From assembly GCA_018400015.1 (NCBI GenBank), contig JAGYNB010000001.1, positions 6,815 through 70,814 of the forward strand: DNA of 64,000 bases, written 5' to 3'. Both the position numbers and the translations under genes were made by a program. The notes below the pieces were generated by a model. That model saw nothing but the letters and a program-made list of their open reading frames with translations. It did no database searches and was not told where the DNA came from. Positions 39,995 through 50,071 of the stretch are shown here, piece by piece. The stretch comes from Candidatus Omnitrophota bacterium. GTDB lineage: Bacteria; Omnitrophota; Gorgyraeia; Gygaellales; Gygaellaceae. Each line of letters starts with the position of its first letter. The stretch's first letter is position 1.

Positions 39995-40611
39995 TTTTAA
40001 GGGTTAATCCTAACAGAATGGAGTTGTTGCGGCTTAGGAAACGTTTGGGCCTTGCTAAAAGAGGCCACAAGCTTTTGCAGGATAAGCTTGAAGAAATGAT
40101 GCGTAGATTTTTAATCTTTATAAAAGATTTCGATGAGATCAAAGACGAGTTTACAAAAAAAACTAAAATAATTTATAATGATTTTCTTTACTCAAGAATA
40201 AATTCCTCCAAAGACGCGTTTCTAGAAAGCCTTTCTAAAATAGACACAAAGATAGACGTAGATATTTCTTCACAGCGGATAATGAATGTTGAGGTGCCTG
40301 TTTTCAATCTTCAAAAAATCGATATTTCAAAAGAATACGATTATTTTACAACCAGTGCTCAATTAGATGTTGCGCTTGACTATTCAAAAGAGTATTTGAT
40401 TACTCTTTGTAGATTAGCATCAAGCATGAAGGCTTTGGAAATTCTTGCAATTGAAATAGAGCGCACCCGCAGGCGCGTAAATGCGTTAGAATATACGCTT
40501 ATCCCTTCAATCGAGGCTACCATTAGAAATATTACTCAAAAACTTAGCGAAATCGAACGAGGCAATCTTGTTAGGTTAATGAGAGTAAAAGACATCGTAA
40601 GAAGTCATTAA
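39991..40611 (+). CDS. V/A-type ATPase subunit D
   Basis: [24 protein letters not shown]. Confidence 0.95.
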   Translation: MILRVNPNRMELLRLRKRLGLAKRGHKLLQDKLEEMMRRFLIFIKDFDEIKDEFTKKTKIIYNDFLYSRINSSKDAFLESLSKIDTKIDVDISSQRIMNVEVPVFNLQKIDISKEYDYFTTSAQLDVALDYSKEYLITLCRLASSMKALEILAIEIERTRRRVNALEYTLIPSIEATIRNITQKLSEIERGNLVRLMRVKDIVRSH

Positions 40612-40677
40612 AAGATAAATAATTATTTTACTCTTTATGGGTTTTTGTTATAGTAGATAATGGAAAGGTAAAACGAC

Positions 40678-41046
40678 ATGAGCAAGATATTGATAATAGA
40701 GGATGAATCAGATGCAGCGCGTGTAGTGTCTAAACGTCTTAAAAGTCATGGTTTTGAAGTGATGATTGCCGAAGATGCCTATCAGGGCGTGAAAATGGCC
40801 CATGAAAATAACCCTGATTTGATAGTCTTAGATCTTATGCTTCCTGCAGGAGGGGGTTTAAGCGTATTAAAAAACATAAGACTTTCTTCGCAACTACAAA
40901 ATACCCCAGTTTTAGTGCTTACCGCTTCCAAAGACGAGCCTTATAAGAAGAAAATCATTGATGAAGGTGTAGATGCTTTCATGGAAAAGCCATATGACGC
41001 AGACCAATTTATCGCAAAGGTCGTTAATCTTCTAGATAATAAATAA
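40678..41046 (+). CDS. Single-domain response regulator
   Basis: IIEDE, LDLMLP, LTAS, KPY. Confidence 0.92.
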   Translation: MSKILIIEDESDAARVVSKRLKSHGFEVMIAEDAYQGVKMAHENNPDLIVLDLMLPAGGGLSVLKNIRLSSQLQNTPVLVLTASKDEPYKKKIIDEGVDAFMEKPYDADQFIAKVVNLLDNK

Positions 41047-41050
41047 AAAA

Positions 41051-43159
41051 ATGTCTTTACTTACAGATACATTAATTAAACAAGGTTTGATTACCGCGGA
41101 ACAGCTTGAAGACGCCAAAGCCAAACAAAGGGGAGCGAAAAAGCCGATTCAAGATCTTTTGGTGGATATGGGATTTGTTACAGAAGATGACATGTTGAAA
41201 GTTTCTTCTTCGGTATTTAACCAGCCGGCAGTAGATCTAACAAATGAAAAATTAGACTCAGAAGTACTAAAACTCATTCCCTATGAATTGGCGAAGCGTT
41301 ATAGCGTATTTGCTTTAAGAAAAGAGTCCGGCCATGTAATTGTTGCCACAAGCGACGTGCAAAATGTAATAGCTTTAGATGATTTAAGGGCAATTACAAA
41401 ACAGAATATAAAAGCATTTCTTTGTAAAAAATCACAAGTAAGCGAATTTATCGAAAAAAGTTATAATTTTGACGATTCTCTTTATGACATAATGAAGAAT
41501 TTTAAGGATGATGTAAAAATTGAACTTGTTAAGACCGATAATGACGAACTGGTTTCGAATAAAAGGTATGAGAAAACATTTGAAATCTCCCCTACAGTGA
41601 GATTGACGAGCCTGATAATAAATGATGCTGTCAAAAAAAGAGCAAGCGATATACATATTGAAGCGCAAGAAAAAATCAGTAAGGTGCGTTATAGGATAGA
41701 CGGGGATCTGAGAAACATTATGGATATCCCCATAAGTATTCACGCCGGTTTAGTCAGCAGAATCAAGGTTCTATCCGGTCTTGATATAGCCGAGACCAGA
41801 AAGCCTCAAGACGGAAGAGTTAAAATATCCCTTAACGGTAAAAGAATAGATCTTAGGATATCAACCATTCCTACCTTTCATGGAGAGAAGCTTGAAATAA
41901 GAGTGCTTGATCCGGAAGAGGCAAAAATTGAACTGTCAAAAATCGGTTTTGAAGATAGTGAAAGTAAGCTTTATAAAGAAGCAATTGTTAAGCCCCAAGG
42001 GATTATTTTGATAACTGGTCCCACAGGTTCAGGTAAAACAAGTACGCTTTACGCAACACTTAATTTTATAAAATCAGAAAATAAAAATATTGTAACTATA
42101 GAAGACCCGATAGAGTATTTGATTGAAGGCGTTAATCAGATGCAGGTTAATCCCGCTAAGGACGTTACTTTTGCCAATGGTTTAAGAAGTCTTTTGCGTC
42201 AAGACCCCAATATTATATTAGTAGGAGAAATAAGAGATAAAGATACCGCTGAGATCGCTTTTAGGTCGTCTTTAACAGGACACTTGGTTTTTTCCACACT
42301 ACATACTAATAATGCAGTAAGCTCAATAACCAGGCTTTTTGATATAGGTTTGGAGCCATATTTGGTGGCTTCTTCTTTGATGATTGTTGTAGCACAACGA
42401 TTGGTAAAGCTTCTTTGTCCTGACTGTAAAGAGGAATACATTCCGGAAGAAAAAATAAAAGAAGATTTTAAAAAATACATAGACCAGCTTAAAATTGATA
42501 AGTTTTACAAGGCAAAGGGATGCCAGAAATGCGGTTATTCCGGGTATTTTGGCAGAACCGCTGTTTTCGAGGTCTTAACGATTAACGATAAGTTGAAAGA
42601 TTTAATAGTTGCAAAAAGTTCTGAAAACATGATTTTGAACGAAGCGCAAAACGCAGGATTAAATTCACTTACCTTATCAGCGATGAAAAAAGTAAAAGCG
42701 GGGATTGTTTGTATTGAGGATGTAGCAAAAATAATCGGCGTAGCAGAGAAAGACAAAATCGTTCAAAAGTCCGTGGAAACCGGAGAAAAGCTAAGAATTC
42801 TTGTTGCCGATGACGAGGAAGATTTATTGGCTTTGGTTAAAAAACGTTTAGAGGCAGCCGGGTATGAAATTATCATCTCCAGAGACGGCGAAGAGTTGGT
42901 CGAGTTGGCACATAATAAAAAACCAGATTTGATTATTACCGATGTAACTATGCCAAAACTTAACGGATACGAAGCAGTCAATGCTTTAAAGACAAGTTTA
43001 GAAACCGCCTCTATTCCAATTATTATGCTTACTGCCCGTCAAGATAAGGATAGTGAAATTAAAGGGATAGATGTTGGTGCCGATGATTATATTACCAAAC
43101 CGTTCGATAAAGATAAGTTGTTAGCAAGGATAAAAATGCTTTTGAGAAGGAAAAAGTAA
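41051..43159 (+). CDS. PilB/GspE assembly ATPase with C-terminal receiver domain
   Basis: ASDIHIE, GPTGSGKT, TIEDPIE, LRQDPNIILVGEIRD, CPDC...CQKC; REC from about 42791 (ADDE, TDVTMP, KPF). Confidence 0.92.
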   Translation: MSLLTDTLIKQGLITAEQLEDAKAKQRGAKKPIQDLLVDMGFVTEDDMLKVSSSVFNQPAVDLTNEKLDSEVLKLIPYELAKRYSVFALRKESGHVIVATSDVQNVIALDDLRAITKQNIKAFLCKKSQVSEFIEKSYNFDDSLYDIMKNFKDDVKIELVKTDNDELVSNKRYEKTFEISPTVRLTSLIINDAVKKRASDIHIEAQEKISKVRYRIDGDLRNIMDIPISIHAGLVSRIKVLSGLDIAETRKPQDGRVKISLNGKRIDLRISTIPTFHGEKLEIRVLDPEEAKIELSKIGFEDSESKLYKEAIVKPQGIILITGPTGSGKTSTLYATLNFIKSENKNIVTIEDPIEYLIEGVNQMQVNPAKDVTFANGLRSLLRQDPNIILVGEIRDKDTAEIAFRSSLTGHLVFSTLHTNNAVSSITRLFDIGLEPYLVASSLMIVVAQRLVKLLCPDCKEEYIPEEKIKEDFKKYIDQLKIDKFYKAKGCQKCGYSGYFGRTAVFEVLTINDKLKDLIVAKSSENMILNEAQNAGLNSLTLSAMKKVKAGIVCIEDVAKIIGVAEKDKIVQKSVETGEKLRILVADDEEDLLALVKKRLEAAGYEIIISRDGEELVELAHNKKPDLIITDVTMPKLNGYEAVNALKTSLETASIPIIMLTARQDKDSEIKGIDVGADDYITKPFDKDKLLARIKMLLRRKK

Positions 43160-44758
43160 ATGGACGATAATAAGTTTTTTCAAAGCTTGATAGACGCCAT
43201 AACCTTACCTATTTTTTATAAAGATAAAAACGGTACTTACCTTGGTTGTAATAAGGCATTTGAGATGTTTTTGGACTTACCAAAAGAAAAAATCATAAAT
43301 AATACGGTTTATGATATCTCTCCAAAAGATCTTGCCAAAATTTATGAACTAAAAGATAAAGAGCTTATTGATTCAAAAGGCGTCCAGGAATATGAGTCAA
43401 GCGTTGAGCATGCCGATGGGACAAGATCAAATGTGTTATTTAAGAAGAGTATTTTCAAAGACGAAAAAGGCGATGTTTCAGGGCTTATCGGGATAATTAT
43501 TGATATCACTGATAAAAAGCAGTTTGAAAACCTGTTGGTTAATGCCGTTAATGATTGGAAGTATACTTTCGATGCTATCACCGATTCGGTATCTATAATG
43601 GATAACGATTTTAACATTGTAAAGGTAAATAAAGCATTTTTAGATTTATTTAAGCTTAAAGAAGACCAAGTTATAGGTAAAAAATGTTATGAGATAGTCC
43701 ACCGAACCAACCAACCAATAGATAATTGCCCCCATACGAAAACAATTGCAAGTAAAAAAGCAGAAGAATCAGAACTTGCTTTTTCTCTAGAGGGTCCATT
43801 TGTCAGCGTTACTACATCACCGATATTCGATAAGGATAATAATTTTAACGGTGTGGTACACATAATACACGATATTACCAAAAGAAAAAAGACCGAGAAT
43901 GAATTAAGAGAGTCCGAACAGAAATTAAAAGCAATACTTGATAATATTGAAATAGGAGTGGCTTTGATCAGCCCAGATATGGAGATAATATCGTTAAATA
44001 AAAAGATGAAAAGTTGGTTTCCGGGTATAGATGTTAGCAAAAAACCTATTTGCTATAAGGCATTTAATAATCCGCCTAGAGACGAAAAGTGCGGTTATTG
44101 CCCTACGATTTTGAGTTTAAAAGACGGGCAGGTTCATGAGGCGATTACGGAAACACCAACAGGGGAAAAGATTGTAAATTTTAGAATTGTTTCATCAGTT
44201 GTAAAAGACGAAAAGGGCAATATTATTGCAGCAATAGAGATGGTTGAAGACGTTACAAAAAGAATAAAAGCTGAAATAGCCCAGAACAGGCTTGCTTCTA
44301 TTATTGACAATTCTGAAGATGCCATAATCGGTAAAGATTTAAATGGTAATATTTTATCTTGGAACAAAGGAGCAGAGAAAATCTACGGATATACCACAGA
44401 AGAGATAATGGGTAAACATATAACCAAGATTGTGCCACCTGAGAAGGCACAGGAAATAGAAATAATTTTGGATAAAGTAAAGAAAGGCGAAAGTATTATT
44501 CGAATGGAAACAATTCGCCTGACGAAAAAGAATATGAAAATAGATGTTTCTTTGACTATCTCTCCTATAGTGGATGCAGAAAAAAAGATTATTGGAGCTT
44601 CTGTTATTACACGAGACATTACTGAACAAAAAAAGCTTGAAAAAGAGCTTAAGAAAAGAATAGATTCTTTAGAGAGATTTCAAAAAATTACTATCGGGAG
44701 AGAACTGCGCATGAAAGAACTTAAAGAGGAAATAAAAAGTCTTAAATCAAAGCCATAG
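43160..44758 (+). CDS. Four-PAS-domain sensor without an output domain
   Basis: Four PAS/PAC units ending DITDKK, DITKRK, DVTKRI, DITEQK; tail GRELRMKELKEEI. Confidence 0.85.
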   Translation: MDDNKFFQSLIDAITLPIFYKDKNGTYLGCNKAFEMFLDLPKEKIINNTVYDISPKDLAKIYELKDKELIDSKGVQEYESSVEHADGTRSNVLFKKSIFKDEKGDVSGLIGIIIDITDKKQFENLLVNAVNDWKYTFDAITDSVSIMDNDFNIVKVNKAFLDLFKLKEDQVIGKKCYEIVHRTNQPIDNCPHTKTIASKKAEESELAFSLEGPFVSVTTSPIFDKDNNFNGVVHIIHDITKRKKTENELRESEQKLKAILDNIEIGVALISPDMEIISLNKKMKSWFPGIDVSKKPICYKAFNNPPRDEKCGYCPTILSLKDGQVHEAITETPTGEKIVNFRIVSSVVKDEKGNIIAAIEMVEDVTKRIKAEIAQNRLASIIDNSEDAIIGKDLNGNILSWNKGAEKIYGYTTEEIMGKHITKIVPPEKAQEIEIILDKVKKGESIIRMETIRLTKKNMKIDVSLTISPIVDAEKKIIGASVITRDITEQKKLEKELKKRIDSLERFQKITIGRELRMKELKEEIKSLKSKP

Positions 44759-44771
44759 GTTAAGTTAGAAA

Positions 44772-45110
44772 ATGAGTTGTCCATATTTTAAAGATTATAC
44801 AAGAGAGTGCTGGGAAAAGATTGGCGAGCTTCCTGTGGATACGTTTTATTTTTGTGATAGTGAGAAATATATCGATTGTCCATTTTATATCAAAATTGAA
44901 AAGACTAAAAATATTTGCAAGAATGTAGATAACTGCGAGGCCTTTAAATTTTTTAAAAGCATAAATTTTGATGAATTTTTGAAAATTACTACGATTTTTT
45001 GTCTTAGCGATAATAGCATTAATTGTAAACGCTATATTTTAAAAGATTCAGGAAAAGAAGTTCCTTTAGACCTGCATCCTGACGGATCAAAAATAGAAGA
45101 GAATATATAA
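44772..45110 (+). CDS. Cys-rich hypothetical protein with an internal duplication
   Basis: 8 Cys; FC-x7-C occurs twice; tail GKEVPLDLHPDG. Confidence 0.65.
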   Translation: MSCPYFKDYTRECWEKIGELPVDTFYFCDSEKYIDCPFYIKIEKTKNICKNVDNCEAFKFFKSINFDEFLKITTIFCLSDNSINCKRYILKDSGKEVPLDLHPDGSKIEENI

Positions 45111-47171
45111 ATGGCACAGCGCAAAACAGGCGTTAAAAGAAAAATTATTTTATTTGTATTGTTTACAGGAATAATTATATCTGTAGTTTCGCTTATTTTA
45201 AGTTTTGTAATTGCCAGCCGCACGATTAAGCAAGAAGCAGGAAGAAATTTTTCTAAGACCGCTTTTATAGTATCAAGGTATGCAAATGATATATTGATGC
45301 AGAAGGTTGAGGAAATCCGCATGCATTTAACCAGCCCTATGTGGCAGAACGCAATAAATGATCAAAATTCTGATTATGCAGGAAAGACGAACGAGGGAAT
45401 TATAAAGTTTTTAAAAGTCAATGACATCGAGTGGCTTAAAGCTAAAAAAGACAGCGGTTTTATAAAAAAATATCTTGATAACCCAATGGGTATAAGGTTA
45501 AGGAATTTAGCTAATGCAGATAATAATTTATTAGAGATCTTCTTAACCGACAGATACGGAGGTTTAGTTGCCGCAAGCAGCAAAACAAGCGATTTTTATC
45601 AAGCAGATGAATCGTGGTGGCAAAAAGCATATAATCAGGGAAAAGGGGCAGTTGTCATTGAAGATATTTCTTTTGATGAATCCGCAAGACAAATGACTTT
45701 AGATATTGCTGTTCCCTACATAGAGAATGGGGAGGTTTTAGGAGTGTGTAAGGTAGTATTGAATATACAGCAAATATTCAGCACATTAGAAACTTTGCCT
45801 TTTTTGGACACAAGCCATGTTTCAATATTGAAAAAAAGCGGACTTGTAGTTTTTCATAAAGATGTTAAACCTTTAAGCACGCATATTATTTCAGGGGACA
45901 TAATTCCACAGTGGTTGGCATCTAATAAGCTTGCAGGAGTTTTAAAAGAACACCTTGATAATCATAAGATATTTGCTTCCATAATCAGACTTGATAATCC
46001 CTTGTTGATACAAAACGGTGTTGAATGGTACGTGCTTTATGGGAAAAACCTTAAAGACGTATTTTTCCCTCAAAAGGATCTAATCTTTGGATTGATTTTA
46101 GCTTTTTTATTGACTGTTAGTTTTACTGTGCCTTTGGGGTATTATTTGGGAGGTATTTTTACAAAACCTTTATACGAGCTTCATGTTGCTACAGAAAAAA
46201 TAATTGATGGTGACTGGAATTTTAACCTAGATATAAATACTAATGATGAAATTGAACAGTTTGCTGACGACTTTAAAAATATGGTTGAGCGTTTAAAGAA
46301 TCAGCAGCTTGAAACCAGCAATGCTAGGTTTGAACTGGAAGAGTTAAATAAGAATCTTGAAAAAAAAGTAGAAGAGCGTACGAAAGAATTAAACGATGCA
46401 CAAGATGCCAGTTTAAACATATTAGAGGATTTAACTTTAGCAAAAGACAGTTTAGATAAATACTCTAAAGAATTAGAAAAGGCAATTAGGATAAAGTCCG
46501 AGTTTACTTCTATGGTTTCTCATGAGCTGAGGACTCCCTTGGCTGCTATAAAAGAAGGGATTTCTATAGTTTATGATGAAGAGACAGGTAAAATTAGCCC
46601 TGAGCAAAAAGAATTTTTGGAAATAGCCAAGCGTAATGTTGATAGATTGGCGCGTTTGATTAATGATGTGTTGGATTTTTCAAAGCTTGAGGCAGGCAAG
46701 TTAGATTTTAATATAAAAGGGAATAATATTAATGAAATTATTCAAGAAGTTCAAGATATAATGATGCCTATTGTTTCTGAAAAGGGTTTGGCTATTGAGG
46801 TAGATTTGCAAAAAGATATTCTTTTGGTTAATTTTGACAGGGATAAGATTATCCAGGTTTTGACCAATCTTGTTAATAACGCGGTTAAATTTACAGATAA
46901 AGGTAAAATTACGATTTCTAGTGTTCTAAAAGGTGATGTCTTGTTGGTTTCTGTAAAAGATACCGGTAGAGGAATTAAAAAAGAAGATTTACCTAGATTG
47001 TTCCATCAGTTTGAACAGCTTGAGAAGGGCAGCGGAAGAAAAACAGGCGGTACAGGTTTAGGTTTGGCGATAAGCAAGCAAATAATAAAAGCACATAATG
47101 GTAGTATCTGGGTAGAATCGAAATTCGGAGAAGGATCGATTTTTAATTTCACTTTACCGGTAGGAGAATAA
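45111..47171 (+). CDS. Membrane sensor histidine kinase (Cache-like, HAMP, HisKA, HATPase)
   Basis: Two TMs; SHELRTPL, NLVNNAVKF, DTGRG, GTGLGL. Confidence 0.95.
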   Translation: MAQRKTGVKRKIILFVLFTGIIISVVSLILSFVIASRTIKQEAGRNFSKTAFIVSRYANDILMQKVEEIRMHLTSPMWQNAINDQNSDYAGKTNEGIIKFLKVNDIEWLKAKKDSGFIKKYLDNPMGIRLRNLANADNNLLEIFLTDRYGGLVAASSKTSDFYQADESWWQKAYNQGKGAVVIEDISFDESARQMTLDIAVPYIENGEVLGVCKVVLNIQQIFSTLETLPFLDTSHVSILKKSGLVVFHKDVKPLSTHIISGDIIPQWLASNKLAGVLKEHLDNHKIFASIIRLDNPLLIQNGVEWYVLYGKNLKDVFFPQKDLIFGLILAFLLTVSFTVPLGYYLGGIFTKPLYELHVATEKIIDGDWNFNLDINTNDEIEQFADDFKNMVERLKNQQLETSNARFELEELNKNLEKKVEERTKELNDAQDASLNILEDLTLAKDSLDKYSKELEKAIRIKSEFTSMVSHELRTPLAAIKEGISIVYDEETGKISPEQKEFLEIAKRNVDRLARLINDVLDFSKLEAGKLDFNIKGNNINEIIQEVQDIMMPIVSEKGLAIEVDLQKDILLVNFDRDKIIQVLTNLVNNAVKFTDKGKITISSVLKGDVLLVSVKDTGRGIKKEDLPRLFHQFEQLEKGSGRKTGGTGLGLAISKQIIKAHNGSIWVESKFGEGSIFNFTLPVGE

Positions 47172-47173
47172 AA

Positions 47174-47548
47174 GTGGCAAGAAAGATATTAATTGTTGAT
47201 GATGAAGAAGATGTTTTAAAAGTTGCCAGTTACAGGATAAGGAAAATGGGGTTTGATGTAATACAGGCTATGGATGGTCAGCAATGCCTAGATATGTTAA
47301 AAAAAGATAAGCCAGATCTTATACTATTAGATTTGAGATTGCCTGTTATCGACGGAGGAGAGGTTTGTAAGAATATCAAGGCTGATGAAGACTTAAAGAA
47401 AATACCGGTAATCATCTTTACAGCCAGCACGGATAAACTTGAAGATAAAACAATTAAAATGGGAGCAGATGCTTATTTAACAAAGCCATTTGATCCGGAG
47501 AAAATGCGCTTAAAAATCAATGAGCTTTTGGGGATAGAAAATGGATAA
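47174..47548 (+). CDS. Single-domain response regulator
   Basis: VDDE, LDLRLP, FTAS, KPF; GTG start. Confidence 0.92.
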   Translation: MARKILIVDDEEDVLKVASYRIRKMGFDVIQAMDGQQCLDMLKKDKPDLILLDLRLPVIDGGEVCKNIKADEDLKKIPVIIFTASTDKLEDKTIKMGADAYLTKPFDPEKMRLKINELLGIENG

Positions 47549-47933
47549 AATAAAGATTTTATTGATAGATGACGAGAAAGATTTTCTTAAGATAATCGGC
47601 TCTCGGTTAGAGAAATGGGGTTATGAATTGTTAATTGCTGAAGATGCAACTAGCGGTCTAAAACAATTTCAGGAAAATAATCCCGATATAATAATTTTGG
47701 ATTATTTAATGCCGCATGAAGACGGGCTAGAGTTGTTGAAGAAAATCAGAAGAATAAACGCAGACGTACCTGTTGTGATGTTTACTGCCTTTGCGAATAC
47801 AGAACTTATGAAGGAGACTCAGAAGTTCAATATTAGTGCATTTATTCCCAAAATGAGTGTTTATTCCGATGCCCAGGTGTCTTTAAAATCTAGCCTGGAG
47901 TTGATTGCTAACAATTTAAAAAATGAACGATAA
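47541..47933 (+). CDS. Single-domain response regulator
   Basis: IDDE, LDYLMP, FTAF, IPK. Confidence 0.9.
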   Translation: MDKIKILLIDDEKDFLKIIGSRLEKWGYELLIAEDATSGLKQFQENNPDIIILDYLMPHEDGLELLKKIRRINADVPVVMFTAFANTELMKETQKFNISAFIPKMSVYSDAQVSLKSSLELIANNLKNER

Positions 47934-48300
47934 GAGAAAAATTCTGATTGTAGACGATGAAAAGGATTTAGTCAAAACCCTTAAATTTAGGCTAGAAAAA
48001 AATAATTACGAAGTAATATATGCATATGATGGATTTGAAGGCTTGGAAAGGGCGAAAAAAGAAAACCCAGATCTTATAATTCTGGACTTAATGCTGCCGA
48101 AAAAAGATGGTTATAAGGTTTGCCGGATGCTTAAGTTCGATATAAATTACAGAGATATACCGATAATAATTCTTAGCGCGCGCAAGAAACAGGAAGATAT
48201 AGATTTGGCAATGTCATCGGGAGCAAATAAATATGTTACTAAGCCGTTTGATTTTGAAGATATTTTGAGTAAAATTAAGTTTCATTTGAAAGATAAATGA
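47923..48300 (+). CDS. Single-domain response regulator
   Basis: VDDE, LDLMLP, LSAR, KPF. Confidence 0.92.
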   Translation: MNDKRKILIVDDEKDLVKTLKFRLEKNNYEVIYAYDGFEGLERAKKENPDLIILDLMLPKKDGYKVCRMLKFDINYRDIPIIILSARKKQEDIDLAMSSGANKYVTKPFDFEDILSKIKFHLKDK

Positions 48301-48302
48301 AT

Positions 48303-48331
48303 TTGACTTAAAGGCCACATTATTTTATAAT
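48303..48331 (+). promoter_or_regulatory. Sigma70 promoter for tRNA-Val
   Basis: TTGACT-17 nt-TATAAT. Confidence 0.75.
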
Positions 48332-48343
48332 ACATACTTCTTT

Positions 48344-48420
48344 GGGCGGTTAGTTCAGCTGGTTAGAACGCATGACTTACATTCATGAGGTCAGGGGTTC
48401 AAGTCCTCTACCGCCCACCA
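48344..48420 (+). tRNA. tRNA-Val(TAC)
   Basis: Acceptor GGGCGGT/ACCGCCC plus ACCA; anticodon arm CATGA-CTTACAT-TCATG. Confidence 0.96.
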
Positions 48421-48474
48421 ATTAAAAAAAACTTGCCAAGCGAGGGTTTTTAGGATAAAATTACTTTGCTTTTG

Positions 48475-48553
48475 GGGCCCGTGGTGCAGTCTGGTTCAGC
48501 ACGTCAGATTGTCGATCTGAAGACCGCGAGTTCAAATCTCGTCGGGCCCGCCA
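48475..48553 (+). tRNA. tRNA-Asp(GTC)
   Basis: Acceptor GGGCCCG/CGGGCCC plus GCCA; anticodon arm TCAGA-TTGTCGA-TCTGA. Confidence 0.96.
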
Positions 48554-48662
48554 AATTATTTTTTATTGCCTTAGAAATTTTAAAATATCAAAGGTTAATC
48601 CAATAGTTAATTTTATAAAGAAATTCCATCCAAGAAAGCTATTAAAATTTCTTATTTTTATT

Positions 48663-49637
48663 TTGTTTCTGACAGTAAGTTCTTTAGTTTTATTAGAATT
48701 GACTGTAAGAATATTTCTTCCAAAAGGTTCCTCCGCTTTTTATGACAAATTAGAAGATTGGCCCTTTCCGAAATTGTCTGACAAATACCACATTGTGGCT
48801 TCAGATACGTTAGGATTCGAATTAGTTTCAAATGCAAACACGCCAGAATATTCTTTTAATACAAATTCATTAGGCATGTTAGATAAGGAGTATTCTTTAG
48901 AAAAAAAAGACAGTGTTTATAGAATAATCTGCGTTGGTGATTCAACGACTTCGTTTCCCGGCAAGATGACATTTCCACATTTTCTCGAACAGTTATTGTT
49001 TAGAGAAACCAAAGATAAGAATTTTGAAGTCTGGAAGGCAGGGGTTCCCGGATATAATCTTATTCAAAACTGTAAAGCGATAAGAAAAAAATGGATCAAT
49101 TATGATCCTGATTTAGTAATATTGGGTTTTTGTTTAAACGATTTTGATACCACGCCCATAATTACTTTTGAAGAAAATATGGTCGTTGCATATTTTTCAG
49201 ATAGGGAGATTGCTAGTTTGGCTAATTCATTTCTTCTACGGTTTTCTGCCTTGTATCGGGCAGTATTTGAAATATTTATGAAATTTAAAAGTGATTCGCT
49301 CTATGGTCTCGAAGCGCATACCAAAGAGCTTATTAAAATTAAAAGTGTGTTGGAAGAAAACAATATTCCTTTTGTTTTAGCAATTATACCTTTTGCTGCA
49401 GAATACAATGATTATCCAAAGAGATTTAAATATCATTATAATATAATTAAGTATGTTTGTGAACATTCTGGAATTAAATATTTAGATTTTGTTAAAGCCT
49501 TCGAGGGGAGTTCACCAGAAAAGTTAGCGTTTAGCAGCGCAGACCACGTACATTTAAATAAAAAAGGGAATACGGCTATAGCTAATAAACTGTTTAATTA
49601 TTTAAAAGATAACTATTTAACAACAAATTCCTATTGA
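48663..49637 (+). CDS. SGNH/GDSL hydrolase with N-terminal anchor (start uncertain)
   Basis: VGDSTT, AGVPGYN, CLND, DHVHLN blocks. Confidence 0.85.
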   Translation: MFLTVSSLVLLELTVRIFLPKGSSAFYDKLEDWPFPKLSDKYHIVASDTLGFELVSNANTPEYSFNTNSLGMLDKEYSLEKKDSVYRIICVGDSTTSFPGKMTFPHFLEQLLFRETKDKNFEVWKAGVPGYNLIQNCKAIRKKWINYDPDLVILGFCLNDFDTTPIITFEENMVVAYFSDREIASLANSFLLRFSALYRAVFEIFMKFKSDSLYGLEAHTKELIKIKSVLEENNIPFVLAIIPFAAEYNDYPKRFKYHYNIIKYVCEHSGIKYLDFVKAFEGSSPEKLAFSSADHVHLNKKGNTAIANKLFNYLKDNYLTTNSY

Positions 49638-49764
49638 CAAAAGCTCCATGCATGATATTATTAAAATATAATAAGGAGCAAGAATCACAAGCCGTAAGGT
49701 TGGATCTCTGAGCTTTGCGGTTTTTGTTTAGTTAACAGGGATACGTTGTCGAAAGGAGAAAGCA

Positions 49765-49968
49765 GTGGCAACAAAAGGCAAGGTAAAGTGGTTTAATAAC
49801 AAAAAAGGTTACGGATTTATTACTCTTGAATCCGGGAATGATGTTTTCGTTCATTATAAGTCGATAGGTGGCGATGGTTATAAGACTTTGAACGAAGGAG
49901 ACGCTGTTGAGTTTGATGTTGAACAAGGCCCAAAAGGCGAGCATGCAGTCAACGTAGTTAAGTTATAA
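49765..49968 (+). CDS. Cold-shock protein (CspA family)
   Basis: [22 protein letters not shown]; SD AAGGAG and GTG start. Confidence 0.96.
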   Translation: MATKGKVKWFNNKKGYGFITLESGNDVFVHYKSIGGDGYKTLNEGDAVEFDVEQGPKGEHAVNVVKL

Positions 49969-49984
49969 AACCGAACAAACAGAT

Positions 49985-50019
49985 AGGCCCGAGCATTTTT
50001 TGCTTCGGGCCTGTTTTTT
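49985..50019 (+). terminator. Rho-independent terminator after the cold-shock gene
   Basis: AGGCCCGAGCA/TGCTTCGGGCCT hairpin then T-tract. Confidence 0.8.
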
Positions 50020-50071
50020 AATAAAACCTTTGATTTCATAGTGCATATATGCTAATTTATAACTTAATATT

